Below, one piece after another: positions 10,237 to 17,227 of a DNA stretch of 45,106 bases. The stretch comes from an uncultured Bacteroidaceae bacterium. GTDB lineage: Bacteria; Bacteroidota; Bacteroidia; Bacteroidales; GCA-2748055. The notes under the pieces are model-generated. The model was given only the letters and a program-made list of their open reading frames with translations. It was not told where the DNA came from and made no database searches. Location: the NCBI GenBank assembly GCA_964583445.1, contig CAZOXI010000001.1:1-45106 (forward strand), in the 5' to 3' direction. The position numbers were made by a program, and so were the translations under genes. How positions within the stretch are numbered: position 1 is the stretch's first letter; each line of letters opens with the position of its first letter.

Positions 10237-10307
10237 GAATTATTTGGAATTCTGTTGATCAAATTAATTACTTTTCGCTGAAATACTTCAAGCTAACTGA
10301 GAATAAT

Positions 10308-10315
10308 TATATTTG
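10308..10315 (+). promoter_or_regulatory. candidate Bacteroidota -7 promoter element (TATATTTG) for the sigma factor gene
   Basis: Exact TAnnTTTG match 43 nt upstream of the ATG at 10358. Confidence 0.3.
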
Positions 10316-10357
10316 TTTGTTTGTAAACCCAGATCAAGCGTACGGTAATAAGATTAC

Positions 10358-10936
10358 ATGAAGAGCTTTTCAGATGAAGATATCATACTTGGCCTTAGAA
10401 AGCGGGACAACCAGGTGATCCAGTTCATCTACAAAAATGATTTCGGTAAGATAAGTGCGTTGATCACCAACAACAACGGATCTGATGATGATTCAGAGGA
10501 TGTCTTCCAGGAGGCGTTGATCATTATTTTCAAGCGATTACGTGAAGAGCCCGATTTTGAACTCACCAGTACCTTCAGTACCTATTTATATTCGGTTGCC
10601 CGCTTGATCTGGCTGAAGAAGCTGCGTGATACGAAGAAGATGGAGGTCACCGAGCTGAAGCGGGAGATGGAGGATTACATTGAATTCGAAGAGCCTCCTC
10701 CTGTCGCAGACAAGGACTTGCGCCTGGCGGTATACCAGCGTAACCTGAAGCTGATCCCCGAAGATTGTCAGAAAATCCTCACCTTAACGGCCAGGGATGT
10801 TGCCGCAAAGGATATTGCGGAGAAGCTGGGTTTCAGGAGTGATTCGTATGTGCGCAAGAGAAGACATTTCTGCAAAGAGTTTCTCGTGAACAGAATCAAG
10901 GAAGACAAGGAGTACCAGGCGTTGATTGAAGATTGA
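10358..10936 (+). CDS. RNA polymerase sigma-70 family factor, ECF-like
   Basis: 192 aa. Region 2-like DSEDVFQEALIIIFKRL...TYLYSVARLIWLKKLR and region 4 HTH (CQKILTLTARDVAAKDIAEKLGFRSDSYVRKRRHFC). Confidence 0.8.
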   Translation: MKSFSDEDIILGLRKRDNQVIQFIYKNDFGKISALITNNNGSDDDSEDVFQEALIIIFKRLREEPDFELTSTFSTYLYSVARLIWLKKLRDTKKMEVTELKREMEDYIEFEEPPPVADKDLRLAVYQRNLKLIPEDCQKILTLTARDVAAKDIAEKLGFRSDSYVRKRRHFCKEFLVNRIKEDKEYQALIED

Positions 10937-10974
10937 GTCGGATGTTCTCCCGGGGTTACTTATTTTTCTGCGGG

Positions 10975-13821
10975 TTACTTTCTTTTTACCAGGGCTTTCC
11001 TGATTTGTTTCCTGTAGATCACTCCTAAAACAATAATTGTAAATAACACCAGGATCAGCACCAGGTAGGATGATGCTGAGGTGGTATAGAGGGGTGTGTT
11101 ATCGCCCACCATCAGGAATGCAGACCAGAAGTAGGGATTTGCTTTCAGGTTGTCCGACGAATTGATATAATCGATCTTCGCCTGTCGCAGTGCTTTTTTC
11201 TTGCTTGATCCCTTCTTCAGGTTTTCATAGAAGTTGCTCATCAGTTCTGCACTGGAGAGGTCTGAAACCTGCCAGAGGGTCATAACGATACTTGGACACC
11301 CGGCATAGATAAATCCGCGTGCCATGCTCATCATTCCTTCCCCTTTTTGCATTTTTCCAAAGCCGCTGCTGCACGAGCTGAGCACCACCATGTCGGCATT
11401 CAGTGGCAGGTTGTATATTTCATACGTAAACAGGTCATGGTCCTGCGTCGTGTCGCTGAAGTTCCTGGTGAAAGCCAGTTTGGAGTACATCGGATTTTCG
11501 TCATCCATGATCGTATGCATCGCCAGGTGCAGCACCGAGTAATCAGATGCCAGTGCCTTGAAATTTGCTTCTGATGCTGCAGAATCGAGGTAGATATCTG
11601 CCGTCACTGTGTTAGAGATGTTCTTCACCTCTTCTTCTGCACCCGGCAGTGGCATCAGGAAATCGCGTTCTGACTGTCGGTTCCAGATGGATTGCAGCTC
11701 TTCATCCAGCAGGTTCTGATATTCGGGAGCGAATGCAAGCACTTTGTTATTGGGGGATTTGGTCCGGATCCGCTCGCTGAACAGCAGGGTAGAGGAGTAG
11801 GAGTACCCCACTGAAAGGTCGTATATGAGATAGGGCAGGTTCCTGTAATTGGGGCGGGTATCGTCGAAATCGCTGCTTGTCAGAAATGATTCAAAGGGCA
11901 GGTACATGATTGCGCCGTCGGGCACAAAGGTGATCTCCCGGCTATCCGTCACCTCCAGCACCGGTGCCACCAGGATATCGTAGAAGTATTTGGCCAGTGC
12001 CGTGTAGTTTTGAAAGGTTTGGTGCACATCATTGCTGAAATCCTGGTTCTGCAGCAGCGAGAAGTAGTCGAAGCACAGTTGAGGAAAAAGTGAATCTACA
12101 GGCTCCGTAAGGACTTCGATGTTCTCTTTATCGATCACAAATGTCGTAAGAATGGAATCTGACAGGACGTACTCGACGAGGCATTCTTTGTGATTTAAAT
12201 GATCCTGTATCTGTTTCGGTGCAATAAAGTCTTGGCTATATTTTAAATTAAAATAGTTTGGAAAATTATTTTCAAGAGAATCTAATAACAAATTGTATCT
12301 ATTCTTTATTTTTAAATAGGATTGATTAAAACTTGCAATAATTTTTTCGTTTGGATTTTCTTCGGCTCTTTCTTTATAAATTAATTCAGATAGGTGATTT
12401 AATTCCTTTTTTAATGAGTCTTCAAGAGTTTTTAAATTATTGGGTAGATCAGAAAATTTTATTGCCTCACCACTTTTAATTTCAGAATATAATGAAAAAG
12501 CTTTCATGTTTTCTGCATACAAAAAGGCTTTGAATAAATATTTTACATCCTCAGTTGTTTTATATAATCTAACAGCTACATCAATAGCTTCGTGAATTAT
12601 CGATATACTGGTACTAGATTCAATAAATATACTTTCTTCATTGCGCATATGAAGTCTAAAGACCATTAAATACTCAATGCTTTTTGAAAAATTGTTTAGG
12701 GATTCAATTAAATCATCTAGATTGTTGTTTTGTGCATATAATTTTAGAGAAGCGTTACCGTAAAGTCTATGATAGTCGATAATTGTTCTATTAAAAGATT
12801 GTTCATTTAAAATGTTTTGGGCAGGATCTGAATTTTCAATGTTAAACTCCAAATTACTAAATCCATCAGATAACCAATCTATACAGCTTATATAGTCATT
12901 CTTCAAATAGTGTATTTGTCCAATTAAAAGGTAAGTCTGATATAGTTTTTCAAAATGAGTAGTTTTGCCGCTTTCCTTGTATTTAATATTCTCTAATAAA
13001 TAAGCAAGAGCTCTGTTAAGATCTCCTAATTTTGTATAAATAGAGGCTGCTCTAAAATTATAAATCAACAAATACTTATACTTACTTTTGAGATTTTTAT
13101 CATAGATTTCCTTTGCTAATCTAGTTTGGTCTAAAGCTTTCAAGTAATAATATTCATCTTCTGAATAATCACCTTTATTTTGATAAGCTTCAGCTAAAAA
13201 CATATGCTTATTGAACAGAAGGTCATTAACTAGTTCTCTTTGTTCTTGATTAAGATTATTATCCTTTATATCTAGACTGCTCAAGATATCAATTGCTTCA
13301 TCATTTCTGTTTTGCTCAACTAAAATATTTCCTATATTGACATAAACCTGCGCGTATTGATATTTATCTGTAGTCTGTTTATTTTCAAAAAATTCTAAAC
13401 AATATCTATAGTAAAGTTCTGCTTCTTTATAGTCTGAGTAATTAAAATAGATGTTTGCCTTTGTATTATAGATATAACCCAAATAAGGAGAGTTCGGATT
13501 GTTTAAGATAAAATATTTCTCAGCTAAATTTAGATGATGTAAAGCCTTTTTGTAGTTATTTTTGTTTCTATATACGACTCCTAAATTAGCATTTGTTATT
13601 ACTGTATTTTCATCATTAACACCATAATAAGCTTTTTGATACTGTAATATCTTATTATAGTAGTACTCGGCACTATCATATTGTCCAGCATTATAGAATT
13701 TAAAAGCTAGTGTATCATAACTCTTAATCGTTCTGCTTCTAAAGATTGAATCCTGATTCTGTGCATTAGAGTTAATACAGAGAAATGATGTCAGTACTAA
13801 TATAGATAATACTTTTTCCAT
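10975..13821 (-). CDS. TPR-repeat / CHAT (caspase-like) domain protein with signal peptide and C-terminal TM anchor
   Basis: 948 aa. Signal peptide MEKVLSILVLTSFLCINSNAQ, then about 540 aa of Y/N/K-rich TPR-like repeats. The CHAT domain has an intact His (LHLAMHT) and Cys (VVLSSCSSG) dyad. C-terminal helix YLVLILVLFTIIVLGVIY followed by a basic tail. Confidence 0.9.
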   Translation of the reverse strand: MEKVLSILVLTSFLCINSNAQNQDSIFRSRTIKSYDTLAFKFYNAGQYDSAEYYYNKILQYQKAYYGVNDENTVITNANLGVVYRNKNNYKKALHHLNLAEKYFILNNPNSPYLGYIYNTKANIYFNYSDYKEAELYYRYCLEFFENKQTTDKYQYAQVYVNIGNILVEQNRNDEAIDILSSLDIKDNNLNQEQRELVNDLLFNKHMFLAEAYQNKGDYSEDEYYYLKALDQTRLAKEIYDKNLKSKYKYLLIYNFRAASIYTKLGDLNRALAYLLENIKYKESGKTTHFEKLYQTYLLIGQIHYLKNDYISCIDWLSDGFSNLEFNIENSDPAQNILNEQSFNRTIIDYHRLYGNASLKLYAQNNNLDDLIESLNNFSKSIEYLMVFRLHMRNEESIFIESSTSISIIHEAIDVAVRLYKTTEDVKYLFKAFLYAENMKAFSLYSEIKSGEAIKFSDLPNNLKTLEDSLKKELNHLSELIYKERAEENPNEKIIASFNQSYLKIKNRYNLLLDSLENNFPNYFNLKYSQDFIAPKQIQDHLNHKECLVEYVLSDSILTTFVIDKENIEVLTEPVDSLFPQLCFDYFSLLQNQDFSNDVHQTFQNYTALAKYFYDILVAPVLEVTDSREITFVPDGAIMYLPFESFLTSSDFDDTRPNYRNLPYLIYDLSVGYSYSSTLLFSERIRTKSPNNKVLAFAPEYQNLLDEELQSIWNRQSERDFLMPLPGAEEEVKNISNTVTADIYLDSAASEANFKALASDYSVLHLAMHTIMDDENPMYSKLAFTRNFSDTTQDHDLFTYEIYNLPLNADMVVLSSCSSGFGKMQKGEGMMSMARGFIYAGCPSIVMTLWQVSDLSSAELMSNFYENLKKGSSKKKALRQAKIDYINSSDNLKANPYFWSAFLMVGDNTPLYTTSASSYLVLILVLFTIIVLGVIYRKQIRKALVKRK

Positions 13822-14025
13822 CTATAAAATATTCAAGCTGGTATAAACATTGCAGCAAGGTAATAGAAAATTGTTATTTTTTCAAAAAATTAAATACCAC
13901 ATAGTCAATGAGTTATAAAATTAATTTCACTTTTTTTTATTTTTTTGGGTAACGTTTTCTGGTGATTTGGAATAAAGGGTTGAACGATCAACAAAACAAG
14001 TATTAACCCTAATTGAAAAAACGTC

Positions 14026-14142
14026 ATGAAAACTTCAAAAACAAACATCGAGAATTTTGCAATTGATGCAATGACCCAGGAAGAAATGAATTTTTTAACA
14101 GGTGGTGGAGAACCTATTGATATGATTATTCCTCCCAGGTAG
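14026..14142 (+). CDS. 38-aa double-glycine-leader peptide precursor (not in the ORF track)
   Basis: MKTSKTNIENFAIDAMTQEEMNFLTGG/GEPIDMIIPPR. Gly at -1/-2, hydrophobic residues at -4, -7, -12 and -15, and Glu at -8 fit the GG-leader consensus. ATG start, TAG stop. Confidence 0.55.
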   Translation: MKTSKTNIENFAIDAMTQEEMNFLTGGGEPIDMIIPPR

Positions 14143-14204
14143 TAAAAAATTCCAGAAGCTGTTTATAAATTGATTCAGCAAATTGAGATAATACTTCGAT
14201 ATTA

Positions 14205-14860
14205 CTCAACGGAAACTATCCAGTCACGGAAACGTCCGGGCTGTAGCAAACAAGGAAACAAGTACCGGTGGCATACGGTGTGTGCGGAGCCGGATGACAT
14301 ACACTCAGTCATGAGATGAAGCAGACCGCTGCTATTCAAAGGTGGAGTCGAACGAGCCGGACCAGGAAACGAACTGGTAAGGTAGCATTTCGGAACACCC
14401 GGGGATACACGGAACTTGCGGAAGATGATCCAGATCATGAAGCTGGGAAGGAACGCGACCAGGCATTGAAGCGTGCCGGAAGTGCGAAGCTCAGGAGGAG
14501 CATGTGGACAGGAAAATCAGGATGACCAACAAATGGAACCTGTATACCCCCCTGGCACACAACCCTCTGAAAGTGCCGCGAATAAATGCACGCAGGGATC
14601 CATACAATGGAGCCAGAGATGCCCGATAGCGCAAAGCTAAGAAAGAGCAGCGAACGGGAGCAGTCCGGGGAATCAGAAAATGAAACTGACGGATGCCCGA
14701 AGATCGCAACGCTCAGTCAACGCTGAGAATCTGGCAGAAAAGAGACGGAACATAAGCTCAGACTTCTGAATACCATACCGTTACCGGGAGAGATCCAGGT
14801 AAACCGATGTAGGATGAACAGCGAGCTGATCATTGACAACCTATTATGAGAGAATATTTA
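14205..14860 (+). ncRNA. candidate long noncoding/leader RNA: ORF-poor, purine-rich, GGA/GGAAC-dense block
   Basis: No ORF longer than 78 aa on either strand, and none looks protein-like. I counted 29 GGA trinucleotides and 9 GGAA(A)C motifs, all on the plus strand. G+C is about 57% in a sampled 60-nt line, against about 20% in the adjacent block. Several short hairpins are present, e.g. ATGAT-ccag-ATCAT and CTCAG-tcaacg-CTGAG. Confidence 0.3.
14211..14236 (+). promoter_or_regulatory. candidate ECF-type promoter GGAAAC-N16-CGTC
   Basis: GGAAAC at 14211-14216, a 16-nt spacer, then CGTC at 14233-14236. It sits at the left edge of the purine-rich block, upstream of the anti-sigma-like gene. Confidence 0.3.
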
Positions 14861-14882
14861 TGAAAAACCGATACATATAGTT

Positions 14883-15665
14883 ATGAAACGAGACAGGCAC
14901 ATTATCCAGAAGTACCTCGATCATGACCTATCAGACAAGGACATGAAGAGGTTCGAAGCGGATCTTGAAAGCAGTCCCGAGCTTCAGGCAGACCTGGGAT
15001 TACACCAGGAGATTGATGAAGCACTGGCCGATACAGAAGTATTGAGCTTTAGGGATCAGCTGACGGATCTGCGGAAAGAGACCAAGAAGGACGGAAAGAA
15101 TGCGAAAGCACCGATCCGTTTCAACAAGCCCTGGCATTATGCTGCATCAGCAGCCATTGCCCTGATCCTGGCCATCGGCCTTGCTTCAGTACTTGACAGA
15201 CCACTGAGCAATAAGGATTTGCTTAAAAAGTATTACAAACCTTACGAGGTGGCACTGATGAACAGGTCGCTCAACGAAAATTTGACGACAGCGGAAAACA
15301 TGATGGCAGAGACCTACCTCACTAAGGCCAGCCTTTTCTACCAGGAAGGGGATTTCAAAAATGCCATCGAGCACTTTGAGCTGTTCCTCGAGAACCAGCC
15401 GAACGATGCCGGCGCACAACTTTACCTCGGTATCTCTTTTTACGAAGAGGACAGGTATCACGATGCAGAAGCATCACTGACCAAAGTGGTCGATCACCAG
15501 GACAACCTATATGTCGATAAGGCAGAATGGTACCTGGGACTCTGTTACCTGGCACTGAACGAGAATGACCTCGCACGCAGAAAGTTTGCAGGACTCGCAT
15601 CAGGGAACAGTGACAAGGCTGAAGAAGCGAAGCAGTTATTGCGCAAGATCAAGGTGCGTGATTAA
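14883..15665 (+). CDS. anti-sigma-factor-like single-pass membrane protein with extracytoplasmic TPR domain
   Basis: The N-terminus resembles anti-sigma domains (IQKYLDHDLSDKDMKRFEADLESSPELQADL). One TM helix (AASAAIALILAIGLASVL), then TPR repeats (YQEGDFKNAIEHFELFLENQPNDAGAQLYLGISFYEEDRYHDA). Confidence 0.7.
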   Translation: MKRDRHIIQKYLDHDLSDKDMKRFEADLESSPELQADLGLHQEIDEALADTEVLSFRDQLTDLRKETKKDGKNAKAPIRFNKPWHYAASAAIALILAIGLASVLDRPLSNKDLLKKYYKPYEVALMNRSLNENLTTAENMMAETYLTKASLFYQEGDFKNAIEHFELFLENQPNDAGAQLYLGISFYEEDRYHDAEASLTKVVDHQDNLYVDKAEWYLGLCYLALNENDLARRKFAGLASGNSDKAEEAKQLLRKIKVRD

Positions 15666-15725
15666 CCAAAGACTTCAAAAAAAACAGAACTGTGTACTGT
15701 ACTGTATTGAAGGAAAGAGGCTGTA

Positions 15726-16580
15726 ATGGACGAAAACCCAACATACGAGGAGTTGATGGCTGCAAACCGTAAGCTTAGGGATAAGGTGGATTGGCTGGAA
15801 GGCGTCTACCACACTCACCGCGATGCCGGGCTGCAGGTCAGATCAAGGTTCCTGTCCAATATCACACACGAGATCAGGACACCCATGAACGCGATCCTCG
15901 GGTTTTCAGACCTGCTGACAAACAGTTCTCTTACAGACAGCGAGCGGGAGGAATATATTGAGTACATCTCCCACAACAGTAAAACGCTCTTAAAAATAAT
16001 GGATAACATCATCGACCTGACACTCCTCGAGACTGATAATCTCGAAATGAAAAAGGAGGAGGTCTTCGCCGAAGACCTGTTCAGGGAGATCTACGAGTTC
16101 TATAACTCGTAGGTCGTCAGGGGGATGAGTTACAGGGTGGCGCTTCTGATGACGACACCCACCAGGTACAGACGGATCACAGTCGACGCTGATGGCTACA
16201 GGCTGCACAGGATCCTCGACAACCTGGTCAACAACGCGATCTCCCAACAGTCAAAGGGGGTGGTCGAAATGAAGATGGATATCAAGGATGAGAAAAAAGT
16301 CTTTTTTACCATCGTCAGCGAGAGAAATGAGCTGCTCGAAGAAAGAGCCCAAATGATCTTTGAAAATAATGGTGACACGGATGACTGGCACAATCACCTC
16401 GATGCCACGGGCCTGGCCTACAAGCTGGCACGTGACCTGGCAAAAGCCATGGGTGGTTCTGTCAGACTGGTGCAGGTAGACGAGAAAAGAATCGGCGTGT
16501 GCATGGAACTACCGGTAAAGAAAATCGGTATTGCCCATAAGAAAGACACCCGAAAGAAGATATCCACGCTGTTGAATTAA
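15726..16580 (+). pseudogene. sensor-less histidine kinase interrupted by an in-frame TAG (16110-16112), with a degenerate ATP-binding domain
   Basis: ORFs 15726-16112 and 16125-16580 share one frame. The first carries a coiled-coil and an H-box (FLSNITHEIRTPMNAILGFSDLL). The second carries an N-box (HRILDNLVNNAI) but no DxGxG G1 box. Confidence 0.7.
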
Positions 16581-16623
16581 CGGGATTGATGAGTGCCCAA
16601 TTAGGGTTAGATCGTTCAAAATA

Positions 16624-17046
16624 TTAAAAGGGCAGATCATCAAATCCCGAATCATCAGCAGGTGGATCCTGAGGAAAGGGAACATTGTTATCGTCAGGAA
16701 CCTGTGGATCCGATTCTTGCATGCCGGAAGTATTAGGGGTAATACTTGTTGATTGTTCGTTTTCAATTTTCCAGGCATCGAGATTGGTGAAATAGGAGGT
16801 CTGACCATCTTTCTCCCACTTTCTTCCGCGGAGGTTAAAACTTACCTTCACCTGGTCGTTGATATTCAACCCGTCAAGTAAACCCGTTTTGTCCTGTACA
16901 GCCTGGAATTTGATGTATTCGATGAATTCAAATCCCGTGTTGTTGGTCTCTTTTACTTCCAGGATAAACTCTCGTTTCTTGAATTTGTCTGTTACTTGCT
17001 GGGTTGGAAAGATCTCGACGATCCGTCCCGAAATTTCAAAGCTCAT
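16624..17046 (-). CDS. DUF3127 domain-containing protein (OB-fold-like) with SSB-like acidic C-terminal tip
   Basis: MSFEISGRIVEIFPTQQVTDKFKKREFILEV...YIKFQAVQDK...SYFTNLDAWKIE is typical of DUF3127. The tail is low-complexity and ends DDSGFDDLPF. Confidence 0.8.
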   Translation of the reverse strand: MSFEISGRIVEIFPTQQVTDKFKKREFILEVKETNNTGFEFIEYIKFQAVQDKTGLLDGLNINDQVKVSFNLRGRKWEKDGQTSYFTNLDAWKIENEQSTSITPNTSGMQESDPQVPDDNNVPFPQDPPADDSGFDDLPF

Positions 17047-17144
17047 ATGTTGTTTGTTTAATTCATGACAAAACTAATAAAAACGACTGCAATATTTTTG
17101 CAGTGAACGATAATAAAAGAGGAAAAGCCAAACAATTGAGAAGT

Positions 17145-17181
17145 AAAAAGCCAGGCTGGCATTACGCTAACCTGGCTTTTT
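17145..17181 (-). terminator. rho-independent terminator (bidirectional hairpin) after the FKBP gene
   Basis: AAAAAGCCAGG-15 nt loop-CCTGGCTTTTT: a 7-bp GC-rich stem flanked by an A-run and a T-run, 46 nt past the stop at 17228. Confidence 0.7.
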
Positions 17182-17227
17182 CAATATTAAAAAAATTCAG
17201 ATCTCCTGCTATTCAACTATAGATCTT

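Noticed and set aside
10950-10990. The GGGTTACTT direct repeat between the convergent sigma and CHAT gene ends.
   Set aside because: It is only 9 bp, and one copy is simply the CHAT stop-codon region. This is probably chance.
14213-14245. CACGGAAACGUCCGGGCUGUAGC resembles the RNase P RNA P4 5' strand (GAGGAAAGUCCGGGCUCC), and CUGGUAAGGUAGC farther on recalls the GGUAAGGGUGAAA region.
   Set aside because: I could not find the complementary P4 3' strand (ACAGAACCCGGCUUA-like, pairing with the 5' strand). The candidate region would also be about 545 nt between the conserved blocks, against about 300 nt in type-A RNase P RNA. A cmsearch with the RNase P model would settle it.
14316-14629. Two small ORFs inside the purine-rich block: 69 aa (14316-14525) and 35 aa (14522-14629), joined by an ATGA overlap.
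   Set aside because: The translations are Arg/Lys-rich and low-complexity (RTSRTRKRTGK...), with no recognisable motif. Purine-rich sequence readily yields such ORFs. I did not call them, but Ribo-seq or conservation could revive them.
14205-14882. Group II intron, tmRNA or a known riboswitch as the explanation for the long noncoding block.
   Set aside because: There is no domain V-like GAGCCGUAU...GAAA...AUACGGUUC hairpin, no RT ORF, no tmRNA tag reading frame (…NYALAA) or tRNA-like ends, and no riboswitch core motif that I recognise.
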